In this document: piece by piece, positions 54,730 through 63,610 of the stretch
How positions within the stretch are numbered: position 1 is the first letter of the stretch
How the letters are laid out: each line of letters starts with the position of its first letter
Notes under the pieces: model-generated
Database searches by the model: none
Told to the model about the DNA's origin: nothing
Seen by the model: the letters and a program-made list of their open reading frames with translations, nothing else
Origin: Dehalococcoidia bacterium
GTDB taxonomy: Bacteria; Chloroflexota; Dehalococcoidia; Lucifugimonadales; UBA3495
Assembly: GCA_965237595.1 (NCBI GenBank)
Contig: CBDEFY010000004.1
Coordinates: 415,414 to 479,413, forward strand
Reading direction: 5' to 3'
Length of the DNA: 64,000 nucleotides
Made by a program: the position numbers and the translations under genes

Positions 54730-55455
54730 CTAACCGGTGCGTTTCTTGCCCGTCTTCTCCTCGAACAACTGCCAGGTGAGGTCATTGAACGGGTAGTATT
54801 TGCCGGGAGAACACTGCTCAATCTCCAGTTGGGCTTTTATCACCTCTTCCACCTCTTCCCGTTCGTGGGCGATGCGGATAACCTCGTCCACCACTGTGGC
54901 AGGCACCACCACGGCGCCGTCATCGTCGCCCACCACGGCATCGCCGGGCCGCACCAGGACTCCGCCGCACTGTATGGCGTCGTTGACCTGCCAGGGCCAG
55001 AATTCGGCGGGGCCCTGTTTGGCGGTGGTGTTGGCCGCGTACACCGGGAAACCGTATCCCTTGAGGGTGTTGCTGTCCCGGGCCGCGCCGTCAGTGACCA
55101 AGCCCCCAGCCTCGCGCTGCATCATCCGCAGGAACTTGATGTCGCCGCCGATGGAGCTATACTCCCAGCCCATCGCGTCGATGACCAAGACTTCCTCGGG
55201 GCCGCATAGCTCGATGGCCACGTATTCGGCCGATTGGTCGCCCTTGGGCTTGTCCCCGGCCAGGTCGGGCCGGTGGGGCACAAACCTGAGGGTGACCGCC
55301 CGTCCGGCCATGTGCTGCCCCGGTTGCAGGGGCTTGGCCCCTTGGATAAAACTCATGGGCCAGCCCATCACCCAGAGGCCATCTATCAGGGTCTGGGTGG
55401 GGATGTCGCGGAGCGTTTGCAGAGTCTGGCTGGAGATAGGTTTGGCGTCGGGCAT
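54730..55455 (-). CDS. RraA-family protein (HMG/CHA-aldolase-like)
   Basis: Typical RraA-like core (..LVIDAMGWEYSSIGGDIKFL..GLVTDGAARD..). Confidence 0.7.
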   Translation of the reverse strand: MPDAKPISSQTLQTLRDIPTQTLIDGLWVMGWPMSFIQGAKPLQPGQHMAGRAVTLRFVPHRPDLAGDKPKGDQSAEYVAIELCGPEEVLVIDAMGWEYSSIGGDIKFLRMMQREAGGLVTDGAARDSNTLKGYGFPVYAANTTAKQGPAEFWPWQVNDAIQCGGVLVRPGDAVVGDDDGAVVVPATVVDEVIRIAHEREEVEEVIKAQLEIEQCSPGKYYPFNDLTWQLFEEKTGKKRTG

Positions 55456-55494
55456 GTTCGAACCCCTGTTTATTGTTGGGTTGGTTGTTGCCGG

Positions 55495-55521
55495 GTCCTT
55501 CGACGGGCTCAGGACGAACGG
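55495..55521. repeat. GC-rich palindromic element, family D (half copy)
   Basis: GTCCTTCGACGGGCTCAGGACGAACGG shares TTCGACGGG(G)CTCA..ACGAACG with 39166-39190. Confidence 0.4.
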
Positions 55522-55592
55522 TAGAGAAGCAACCCTCCGTTAGCGGTGTCCTTACCCGCGGAAGGGCGTCCAACCACATTTTGAAATGCCCT

Positions 55593-55757
55593 CTAGGGCT
55601 CCATCTGGGCGGCCAGTTGGTCCAGGTGGTACTCGGTTTCGCCCAGGTTGGCCTCGGCAATCTTGCCCCTGGCGGAATAGAGTTGCATGTCGTGTTCGAC
55701 GGTGAAGGCGATTCCGGCGAAGATGGAGTGGCCGGCCTCGATGGCCGCCCGGCTGAG
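55593..55757 (-). pseudogene. C-terminal stub of an acyl-CoA dehydrogenase
   Basis: The minus strand reads ILSRAAIEAGHSIFAGIAFTVEHDMQLYSARGKIAEANLGETEYHLDQLAAQMEP(stop). This resembles the last helices of the ACAD C-terminal domain (..HG..G.T.E.D..LY.RR). Only about 55 codons remain, abutting the LLM stop. Confidence 0.4.
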
Positions 55758-55761
55758 TATA

Positions 55762-56757
55762 TCAGGCGGGGGCGCAGGCGCGGATAATCTCCAATGCCTG
55801 ATCTTTGGCCCCGTCGCCCATGAAACGGGGTGAAACGATGGGCAGGGTTATGCCGGCCTTGCGGTAGTCGGCCAGTTTCTGTCGGCAATCATCCGCCGTG
55901 CCCACCAGGCCAATTTTGTCGATGAGGCCGCTAGGGACCAGGTTCAATGCCTCTTGGGTGCGCCCTTCCTGCCAGGCCGCCCGGACGTTCTCGATCTCCT
56001 CCGGGAATCCGGCGTCAACCATGAGCTTGCGGTAGCGGGGGAATCGGCCGGCGTAGGATGCGATGGGCTGGCGCATCAGGTCCCTGGCAGCGTCCCGGTT
56101 TTCGGACACGGCACAAGGGAGCAGGCTGGCCACCTCAACGTCGCCCGGGGCGCGTCCGGCGTTGCGGGCGCCAATGCCCACGTGCCAGGCGGCGGACTCG
56201 GCGTGGTCCAGGGTGCACCAGGTGAGGATTGCTCCCTGGGAGATTTCGCCGCAGACCTCCAACATCTTGGGGAACACGGCAGCCACGTAGATGGGTATCT
56301 CCCGGCACAGCGGCTCGAACCACAATTCGAACCGCTCGATATTGTAAATCTCGCCGTGGTAGTTCACGTCTGAGTCTTTGAGGATGGCCCGGACGATGTC
56401 CACGCACTCCCGCAGCCGCGGGACCGGGCGGGTGAACTTCAGACCGTGCTCCGGTTCCACCTGAACCTTGTGGCTGGTGCCCAGGCCCAGGGTGAACCGG
56501 CCGTTGGAGAAATAGTCCACCGATGCCGCAGCCATTGCGATGGTCGGCGCGGTGCCGACATAGACGCTGGTGATGCTGGTGCCCAACTTGATTCTTTCGG
56601 TGGCCACGGCGCAGGCGGTGAGGATGGAGAACTGGTCGCCGCCATGACCCTCGGCCACCCAGGCCGACTCGTAGCCCAACTCCTCGGCCACTTTGACGCA
56701 CTCGACTATGTCCTGAGGCGACATTCCCCCGGAGAACCCGACTCCGATGCGTTCCAT
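55762..56757 (-). CDS. LLM-class (F420/FMN-dependent) oxidoreductase
   Basis: MERIGVGFSG...LGYESAWVAEGHGGDQF...GRFTLGLGTSH. GGGAGGG RBS before ATG 56757. Confidence 0.85.
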   Translation of the reverse strand: MERIGVGFSGGMSPQDIVECVKVAEELGYESAWVAEGHGGDQFSILTACAVATERIKLGTSITSVYVGTAPTIAMAAASVDYFSNGRFTLGLGTSHKVQVEPEHGLKFTRPVPRLRECVDIVRAILKDSDVNYHGEIYNIERFELWFEPLCREIPIYVAAVFPKMLEVCGEISQGAILTWCTLDHAESAAWHVGIGARNAGRAPGDVEVASLLPCAVSENRDAARDLMRQPIASYAGRFPRYRKLMVDAGFPEEIENVRAAWQEGRTQEALNLVPSGLIDKIGLVGTADDCRQKLADYRKAGITLPIVSPRFMGDGAKDQALEIIRACAPA

Positions 56758-56842
56758 GTTCAACCCTCCCATTCAACCCTCCCAGGGGCGAAATTCATTC
56801 AACCGGTGGCTGTAATTTGGCTTCTATTCCATTTGAGGGTCT

Positions 56843-58138
56843 ATGATATGCCATGCCGTCAACGGACGACAGCGTCAAATCATCGATTGGAGATCGGACC
56901 TAGCCAGTTTGAGTCCCCAGGCCCCGCCTACCTTCAGCAGATACCGCTGGACAGTCATGGGAGTGTGGCTGTTCTCCAACGTATCTTCTTTCATGGTGTT
57001 GAACACGCTGGGCATCCTGTTGCCCGCCATCAGCGCCGAACTCAGCCTGTCGCCCAGCCAGCAGGGGTTGCTGGGGTCGGCGTCCCACTGGGGAAACATC
57101 GCCTTGGCCATCCCCCTCAGTTGGGCCACCTCCCGCCTCTCCGCCAAATGGCTCACCACCGCAACTCTCGTTTTGGCCACATTTTGTTTGTTCCTCCAGA
57201 GTTGGGCTCCGGTCTTCATCGTGCTGCTCTTGGGGCGGCTCTTGTTCGGCATCAGCAACATCGCTCAAGCGCCAGCCAGGGCGCTCCTGACCCGGCAGTG
57301 GTTCCCGTCCAGGGAAGTAATCATCGTAAACAGCGTGTCCAACGTGCTCTTCGGCATAGTGGTAGGCGGAGGACTGGCCCTGGCTCCGGTGATATTGGGG
57401 CTGATGGACGGCGATTGGCGGATGACACTGCGTATCTTTGGGCTTTATCTCGCCGGGATCACCGTGCTGTGGCTGGTCCTGGGAAAGACACGTACCAACG
57501 AGGCCGACCAGGACGTCGTAGTGTCCCAGGGCCTGGCCGTGGTCAAGGGGGCTTTGGGCTACCGGGATTTGTGGATCGGCGGGCTGGGGTTCGTAGGGTG
57601 CAACATGTCTTTCGGCGCATTCTTGGCCTTCTACCCCACATTAATGCTGGAGGAATTCGACATCTCTCTGCGCCTTTCCGGCAGCATCTTGGCGTCCGGC
57701 GTCATCCTGGGCGGCGTGGGCGGTATAGCCGTAGCCTGGGCGGCGTCCACCAGCGGCCGCGAGAGAAATTTTCTTCAGGTCTTGGGGGTCCTGATGATTG
57801 GCACCAACCTGGGGATGGTCTTAACGGGAGCGGTGCCGGCATTGTTTATCTTGTCGTTGTTGAATGGTGTGGCCTGGGCTTTCTTCCCGATCTTGGTGAC
57901 GGTGCCCTTCCACCTGCCGGGGATCAGGCCCCGGGAGTTGGCGGTGGCCTTCACCTTCACCATGATGATGACATCGGTAGGAACGTCCCTGGGGCCGCTT
58001 GTTACCGGGTTCATGCAAGAGGCCTTCGGCGACCTGAAGCTGGCGCTATTCATAATCAGCTTCGCTTCGTTCACTTTGGTCTTGGCCGGCAGCACACTTC
58101 GGTTCGGCACACAACGTCTGGCCACTGAAAGCGGATAG
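56843..58138 (+). CDS. MFS transporter
   Basis: About 12 TM helices. Divergent from the LLM gene. The exact start is uncertain. Confidence 0.8.
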   Translation: MICHAVNGRQRQIIDWRSDLASLSPQAPPTFSRYRWTVMGVWLFSNVSSFMVLNTLGILLPAISAELSLSPSQQGLLGSASHWGNIALAIPLSWATSRLSAKWLTTATLVLATFCLFLQSWAPVFIVLLLGRLLFGISNIAQAPARALLTRQWFPSREVIIVNSVSNVLFGIVVGGGLALAPVILGLMDGDWRMTLRIFGLYLAGITVLWLVLGKTRTNEADQDVVVSQGLAVVKGALGYRDLWIGGLGFVGCNMSFGAFLAFYPTLMLEEFDISLRLSGSILASGVILGGVGGIAVAWAASTSGRERNFLQVLGVLMIGTNLGMVLTGAVPALFILSLLNGVAWAFFPILVTVPFHLPGIRPRELAVAFTFTMMMTSVGTSLGPLVTGFMQEAFGDLKLALFIISFASFTLVLAGSTLRFGTQRLATESG

Positions 58139-58152
58139 CTGACGGCTACAAC

Positions 58153-59409
58153 CTACTCCAACACCCCATCATCCTCCAATGACTTGTACTCGTCATCGGA
58201 CAGGCCGATCAAGTCTTTGAGAACGTGGCTGGTGTGTTCGCCCAAAAGCGGGGCCGGCCGGTCCAGGGAGCCTGGACTAAGGGAGAAGACCATCTCGCTG
58301 ATGTCGGTGGCGTAGGGCCCGATCTCGGGGTGGTCCAGCCATTGGAAATGGCCCCGGTGCAGCAGTTGGGCGTCGTCGAACAGGTCCCGGGGGTCGTTGA
58401 CCATCCCCGCAGGGACCCCGGCGCTCTGGAGAGTCTCCATCAGCGCCCCCGCCTCCCAGGGAACGGTCCAGCCGGACAGCAGCCGGTCCAGTTCATCCTC
58501 GTTGGCCTTTCTTCCCAGGAGAGTGGCGAAATCGGGGTTGTAGGGCCAGCCTGAGCCTTCGGGAGCTATGGTCCGCTGCAGTCCTTCCCAATGGGCGTCG
58601 GAGAAACATCCCAGGGCGATCCAGCGGTCATCTCCGGCGCACGGGTAGACGCCGTGAGGGGCGGCGCCCGGGTCCCGGTTGCCCATGCGGGACTGCTCCC
58701 GGCCATTGACGGCGTAGTCCAGCAACACCGGCGCCGAAAAGTGCAGCGTGGTCTCCAGTTGGGACATGTCGATGTGGATGCCCTCGCCGGTGCGGCGGCT
58801 CCGGTCCAAACCCGCCAGGATGGCGGCCACGGCGAACCGGGGGACGATGAAGTCGGTGTAGGCCCCGTAGGGGTTGACCGGGTCGCGGTCGGGCCAGCCG
58901 GTTAGGTTGGTCAGGCCCACCAGCGACGACAGCACCGGCCCAAAACCCGGCTGCCGCTCCATGGGTCCACCCCGTCCCATCATTGAGGTGCTGAACATCA
59001 CGATGCCAGGGTTAATTTCTTTGAGCTGTTCGAAGCCAAGCTCCCAGCTTTCCATGGTGCCGGGTGTGAAATTCTCGGTGACCAGGTGGGCCCACTTGGC
59101 CATGCGCAGCATCAAATCGCGGGCCCTGGGGTGGCGCATGTCGACGGTGATGCCCATCTTGTTGGCGTTGTAGCTGGCGAAGTAGGCGCTGCGGTTGAGT
59201 CCGGAGATGCCGTCTTTGAAGGGAGCGCCGCGGCGCAGGACGCCGGGCCGTTTGGCCGACTCCACCCGCACCACGGTGGCCCCGTACTCCCCCAGGTACT
59301 TGGTGGTCATGGGGCCGACGGCCACCCAGCAAAAGTCGAGGACGTTGACTCCATCCAGGGGCTTTTTGCTTTCTAGAGGGTTTTTTGATTCAGGTCGAGC
59401 AGCCGTCAA
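58153..59409 (-). CDS. family III CoA-transferase (CaiB/BaiF), Asp-bearing paralog
   Basis: LDGVNVLDFCWVAVGPMTTKYLGEYGATVVRVES N-terminus. YTDFIVP at the catalytic-Asp position, about 22 aa before TGEGI. Confidence 0.85.
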   Translation of the reverse strand: MTAARPESKNPLESKKPLDGVNVLDFCWVAVGPMTTKYLGEYGATVVRVESAKRPGVLRRGAPFKDGISGLNRSAYFASYNANKMGITVDMRHPRARDLMLRMAKWAHLVTENFTPGTMESWELGFEQLKEINPGIVMFSTSMMGRGGPMERQPGFGPVLSSLVGLTNLTGWPDRDPVNPYGAYTDFIVPRFAVAAILAGLDRSRRTGEGIHIDMSQLETTLHFSAPVLLDYAVNGREQSRMGNRDPGAAPHGVYPCAGDDRWIALGCFSDAHWEGLQRTIAPEGSGWPYNPDFATLLGRKANEDELDRLLSGWTVPWEAGALMETLQSAGVPAGMVNDPRDLFDDAQLLHRGHFQWLDHPEIGPYATDISEMVFSLSPGSLDRPAPLLGEHTSHVLKDLIGLSDDEYKSLEDDGVLE

Positions 59410-60677
59410 ATCACCCCGCTCCGCTTCAGGGTTTCGACCTCCGGGCCGGAAAGCCCCAACTCCTCCTGGTATATCTCCACATTGTGCTCGCCTATCAAAG
59501 GCGGCCTGCGGTAAAGACCTGCGATGTCGCCGCCATCGCCCGATTTTATGAAGGCCCCTGGATATTGGATAGCCGCGCCCAATTCCGGGTGGTCGATTTC
59601 TTTGAAATACCCGCGGGCTTCCAACTGAGGATGGCCCTGGAGGGCTGAGGGTGTGGCCACCGGGAACAGCAATATCCTGCGGTCCAAACTCCCCTGTACC
59701 AACTCGGCCCTGGTATGGCCGTTGAAAAACTCTTCCAGGGGCTCGCCCAATTGGGCCATCAGCTCCGGTGTGACCGCCCCATAGCCCAGATCTTCCCAGC
59801 CAACAGCATCCAGCTCAGTCACGTCGAAGCCGTCTTCTTTCATCCAGTCCAAGAGGGCCCGGGTGCTGTAGGCAACGCTCCCGCCTTGGACCATATAGTT
59901 GACATAACCATCTTTGCAGGGCCAGTTGATGCGCACGCGGTTCTCACCCGAGGTTTGCCGGTAGACGCCCATGCGTTTCAGGACGGCGCCTTCGATGTCC
60001 CAGACCTGGGGCGCGTGGGCCAGGGTCTTGGCCACCGCCTGCTGGCAGGAAACGTCCACGTACTGCCCCTGGCCGGTGGTGACCCGGTAGGTATGGGCCA
60101 GCATGGCTGCGGTGGCGCCGGCGGCGGCGCCGTGGAGGTAGAAATGGGGGAAGCTGACCCGGACGGGCGCCCGGTCGTCGTCTCCGGTCAGGTACATGAA
60201 CCCGCCCAAGGCCATGCCGACGATGTCCGACGCCTGGTAGTTGGAGTAGGGGCCGTCCTGTCCGAATGGCGTGATGGACACCATGACCAGCTTGGGGTTG
60301 ATGCTTGCCAGATGCTCGTAGCCCAGGCCCAGTCCCTCCAGATAGCCAGGGGCGTAGGACTCGATGAGGAAATCGGCCTCAGCGACCAGCTTCTCCAGCA
60401 GCGCCCGGCCGTCCCTCTGCTCCAGGTCCAGGGTGATGCTCCTTTTGTTGGCGGCGTAGGACCACCAGAAGAGGCTTTTCTCGGGACGGGGGTCGTCTTC
60501 GTAGAAAGGTCCGATGTTCCGGGCGGGGCTACCGCCTGGCGGCTCGATCTGGAGCACGTCGGCGCCAAGGTCGGCCAATATCTTGCCGCAGAGCAGGCCA
60601 CGGTCGTCGGTAAGGTCCAGTACTCGGTAAGGGGCGAGCAGGAAGTCGATTTCCCCTTGGGTGCCGGGCATCGTCAC
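59406..60677 (-). CDS. family III CoA-transferase (CaiB/BaiF), paralog with His-Phe at the catalytic-Asp position
   Basis: YRVLDLTDDRGLLCGKILADLGADVLQIEPPGG N-terminus. FPHFYLHGAAAGATAAMLA replaces the D[FY]xxG segment. 4-nt overlap with the downstream paralog. Confidence 0.85.
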   Translation of the reverse strand: MTMPGTQGEIDFLLAPYRVLDLTDDRGLLCGKILADLGADVLQIEPPGGSPARNIGPFYEDDPRPEKSLFWWSYAANKRSITLDLEQRDGRALLEKLVAEADFLIESYAPGYLEGLGLGYEHLASINPKLVMVSITPFGQDGPYSNYQASDIVGMALGGFMYLTGDDDRAPVRVSFPHFYLHGAAAGATAAMLAHTYRVTTGQGQYVDVSCQQAVAKTLAHAPQVWDIEGAVLKRMGVYRQTSGENRVRINWPCKDGYVNYMVQGGSVAYSTRALLDWMKEDGFDVTELDAVGWEDLGYGAVTPELMAQLGEPLEEFFNGHTRAELVQGSLDRRILLFPVATPSALQGHPQLEARGYFKEIDHPELGAAIQYPGAFIKSGDGGDIAGLYRRPPLIGEHNVEIYQEELGLSGPEVETLKRSGVI

Positions 60678-60912
60678 TCCAGGAACATCAGCATCACAGG
60701 GACTATTCCGCTGGTATTGTAGTGTCCCTCACCTTTTCGTCAACTGGGCGGCTCGCCGCGTTTTATGGGGCTACGCCGGGACGCCGGGTTTTCTGGAGCG
60801 CGGGCCGGTAGGAAAAGCAGTTGGTTTACTTGTATGGAGATTCTTGGGGTTGTAGGATGGAGATAATGAACTTGTAGTTCTTGATCACTGCTTGGAGAAC
60901 GATTGGGAAGTG

Positions 60913-61074
60913 ATGTCCACTCGGACCAACTGGTACAGCGAACACCCGGCGGCCTGCACCTGCGCCTTCTGCAACGAGAAGCGGACCATGCAGCCCGAAA
61001 CGGGCAAGATTGGCCGCAACGCCAAGTGCCCGTGCAACAGCGGCAAGAAGTACAAACGCTGCCACGGCAAATAA
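60913..61074 (+). CDS. small SEC-C metal-binding motif protein
   Basis: C-terminal [15 protein letters not shown] is the SEC-C motif. An additional CTCAFC pair is present. Start uncertain (TTG 60892 or ATG 60913). Confidence 0.55.
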   Translation: MSTRTNWYSEHPAACTCAFCNEKRTMQPETGKIGRNAKCPCNSGKKYKRCHGK

Positions 61075-61118
61075 ACGGAAGGGGCGTTGCCCCAAACACA
61101 AATTCTCGCCTTGAAACC

Positions 61119-61147
61119 GTAGGGGCACGGCAATGCCGTGCCCCTAC
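61119..61147. repeat. REP-like palindrome, family A copy 3
   Basis: Identical 29-mer GTAGGGGCACGGCAATGCCGTGCCCCTAC, between convergent genes. Confidence 0.9.
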
Positions 61148-61170
61148 GTCGATTCCAGAAGGTGGGGCGC

Positions 61171-61479
61171 TCAGCCCTTGTCGGAGGAGAGCTTGACCTC
61201 GAAGTTGGCCAATTGCCCCGGACCCATGATGTAGGCCGGAGGAGGCCCGGCGTGGGCCTGCTTGAAGGACTCGCTCTGGGTCCAGTTCTTGAAGTCCTCT
61301 TTGGATTCCCAGCGGGTCACCACCAGGTATTCCTCGTGGTCGTCGTCAGCGTCCAGCTTCCATAGCTCGAAGCTTTTGAAGCCGGGTTCCTTCTCGACTC
61401 CGCCCCGCTTTCCGAATGCCTCTTCCATGTCGTGGCCGTGGCCGTTCTGGACATTGATCCGGTTGGTTACTGCGTACAT
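61171..61479 (-). CDS. ABM-domain protein (IsdG-like heme-degrading / monooxygenase fold)
   Basis: MYAVTNRINVQNGHGHDMEEAF...GFKSFELWK...YLVVTRWESKEDFKNWTQSESFKQAH is the IsdG/ABM pattern. Only the last 102 codons of track ORF 61171..62013 look coding. Confidence 0.7.
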   Translation of the reverse strand: MYAVTNRINVQNGHGHDMEEAFGKRGGVEKEPGFKSFELWKLDADDDHEEYLVVTRWESKEDFKNWTQSESFKQAHAGPPPAYIMGPGQLANFEVKLSSDKG

Positions 61480-61571
61480 ATCTCCACTCACCGCCGGCGG
61501 TACCCCGGCAATCATCTTCAAGTCAGATGGGTAGATTCTCTCGCGGATCGGGGACGGGGGCAAGTCTGGTA

Positions 61572-61808
61572 CTAGAAGGCCAATAGGTAGACCAGGAGCC
61601 CCAGCACCGCCCCGGCCCCTCCGCCCACAGAACCCGCTTTCATCCCGATGGCCATCAGCTCTCCGCAGGTGACCACCTCGTGGTGCCGGTATTCGGGGTC
61701 TAATGCCCTGGGAAACTGGAAGCCCAGGTCCCCGCGGACCAGCAGTGTGCCCAAAACAGCGGCGATGCCGCCGATAACCGCGCCGAGGAAGATGGCCAGG
61801 ACTACCAT
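61572..61808 (-). CDS. small two-helix membrane protein
   Basis: GGAGG lies 5 nt before ATG 61808. MVVLAIFLGAVIGGIAAVLGTLLV and GGGAGAVLGLLVYLLAF are hydrophobic helices. Confidence 0.4.
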   Translation of the reverse strand: MVVLAIFLGAVIGGIAAVLGTLLVRGDLGFQFPRALDPEYRHHEVVTCGELMAIGMKAGSVGGGAGAVLGLLVYLLAF

Positions 61809-61974
61809 TGCCGCCTCCGGTTGCCACACGGCCGAGAAACTTGGGCCCTACGGTCCAGACGTTACATAATTTTAGATGGGCGGTGGCGGCCAATTCAACG
61901 CTGCGGAGTGCCTTGTCCGGCCAATGGTTGATACCGCCAGCTAGGGGGCCGAATGAAATATCTACGCCGAAAAC

Positions 61975-62018
61975 GTAGAGGCACGGTCCCGATGGGACCG
62001 GGATGCCGCTCATTCTAC
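61975..62018. repeat. REP-like element, family C-like (GTAG...CTAC bracketed)
   Basis: GTAGAGGCA-CGGTCCC-gat-GGGACCG-GGATGCCGCTCATTCTAC. An additional small hairpin TCTACG/CGTAGA overlaps its 5' end (61960-61979). Confidence 0.6.
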
Positions 62019-62047
62019 GGTACAGCCTCGAAGCTCGACGCCTGAAA

Positions 62048-62416
62048 TTAATGAGAGCAATCTGTCCCCCTCCCTTTCATCGGTATCGACTGGCCATCTG
62101 ATAGAGTAAGCATAACAGGGTCTTCCGTATCGCTAAAATTGCACCGTACGCCTGCTGCCAATTCCACGTACGGGGAATACAGAAAACCCCTTTAGATCTT
62201 GCTGATAACGCCCGTAACAACAGTCACCTTTCCTTTGTATTTTTTGTCCGCCGCAGCTTCGTTTGATTCATACTCCGCGAACAGTTGAACGGCAGATACC
62301 TGATAATCAGGACCCACGTCCGCAATCGAATTCGCAATACCGGACTCAGTCTCGCATGCGACTAATATCGATAGGAAAGCTATTGATGCAGTAGCGTAAA
62401 TTTTCCTCATGTCCAT
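62048..62416 (-). pseudogene. OB-fold (tRNA_anti-like) lipoprotein with an in-frame TAA at codon 75
   Basis: Lipobox LSILVAC, then VSAVQLFAEYESNEAAADKKYKGKVTVVTGVISKI(TAA 62192-62194)RGFLYSPYVELAAGVRCNFSDTEDPVMLTLSDGQSIPMKGRGTDCSH(stop). The family pattern continues across the stop. Confidence 0.6.
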
Positions 62417-62554
62417 GTCCGGGTTCCCACTATTTTCGCCCTACCATAACACTCTCCGGAAATCTGAAGCGCTCAGCTGGCAACACGCGGGCAATTTGGC
62501 AAAGTTAATGGCCTCCGCTAGTCCAGTGGAGGCCATTTATGTGCCAAAAATTCA

Positions 62555-62640
62555 TGGTGCCGAAGGTCAGAGTCGAACTGACACGGGGTCACCCCCACCG
62601 GTTTTTGAGACCGGCGCGTCTACCATTCCGCCACTTCGGC
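62555..62640 (-). tRNA. tRNA-Leu (anticodon CAA), CCA encoded
   Basis: Folded by hand. Acceptor GCCGAAG/CTTCGGC, anticodon stem CCGGT/ACCGG with loop CTCAAAA, a long variable arm, and T-arm GTCAG-TTCGACT-CTGAC. Discriminator A plus CCA. 86 nt. Confidence 0.9.
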
Positions 62641-62740
62641 TTGTCCGCTGGTATTATACGATACGATTACCGGCCTGCGGTGGGCCTCCGGCGGCTATTC
62701 TGAATCGTTCACCGAGACTCCCTGAGCTAGGAGGGTTCTG

Positions 62741-63095
62741 ATGCCTATCTTGTACCGGGCCGACGCCAAGACGGAGGAGGGATACCTTGGGATACCCAGG
62801 ACTATCCTGGTGGACGCCATCCACGGGGCTAAGTCCCTTTGGGTGGGTCACTTAGAGATTGCCCCCGGAGCCATGGTCACCACGCACATACACCCGGACA
62901 CGGAAGAGGCGATGGTCATCGTGGAGGGGCAACTGGAGGCCGTGCTGGGTGACGAGGTGGTCACATTGGCGCCGGGCGACACGGTGTTGGCCCCGGCCGG
63001 CGTGAAGCACGGCTTCGTTACACCGTTCCGGCGGCAATGCGGTGCTCCTGGCTTGTTTTCCAAATACAACGTTCCAGCGGGTGGCGGCCGTCTAG
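62741..63095 (+). pseudogene. cupin-domain protein, probable frameshift near 63018-63028
   Basis: HIHPDTEEAMVIVEGQLEAVLGDEVVTLAPGDTVLAPAGVKHGF is a cupin_2 core. After GFV the listed frame turns non-protein-like. Another frame gives ..SGGNAVLLACFPNTTFQRVAAV(stop 63093-63095). Confidence 0.5.
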
Positions 63096-63120
63096 TCTCG
63101 GACCTTTTTTGAGTTGCCTC

Positions 63121-63578
63121 TCAGGTTGCGTCCGCCTCTTTTGCATTCATGGGCCTAGATGGCGCTTGACCGGATTTTGATTCCCAAATCGCGTCAATCC
63201 TTTCCATGGCAGCCTGCTTGAGCATCTCGGCCCGTTCAACAACTTTTTGTAACTCGTCCCACCTTCGCTTTTCCGGGGTAGACAGCAGCGCCTTAATGTA
63301 GGCTGCCGATCGTCTATCGCTGAAGTCCGTATTTCGCCTATTTGTTCGTCTCTATCCCATCCCGTCGACCTCTCCGACTGCTCCCCGGCCGACATTGTAT
63401 CTATCTTCCGTATCCTCCGTACCCTTGAGACTCTGCCTAGTCGGCAGGCCAGTTCATAGGTCTCATTCGCTTGTATTGATTCCCAGGGTTTAAATCCCAG
63501 ATACCCCACCAAATCATCGAGGATGATCGGCTGCTCATAAACTTCCTTCACGGTTTCTCGGCTAACGAACATACTCAC
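63121..63578 (-). pseudogene. degraded ORF of unknown function (frameshift plus in-frame TAG)
   Basis: The protein-like N-part is MSMFVSRETVKEVYEQPIILDDLVGYLGFKPWESIQANETYELA. A protein-like C-part sits in another frame: AAYIKALLSTPEKRRWDELQKVVERAEMLKQAAMERIDAIWESK...(stop 63121). A TAG occurs at 63352-63354 in that frame. Confidence 0.35.
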
Positions 63579-63610
63579 TACATGCTAGGCAAGGTCAATT
63601 GGAGCGTCTT

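Noticed and set aside
61480-62013. N-terminal part of the 280-aa track ORF 61171..62013
   Set aside because: It is antisense to the small membrane-protein ORF, runs through REP-like sequence and is Gly/Arg/Pro-rich. Only the last 102 codons form an ABM domain.
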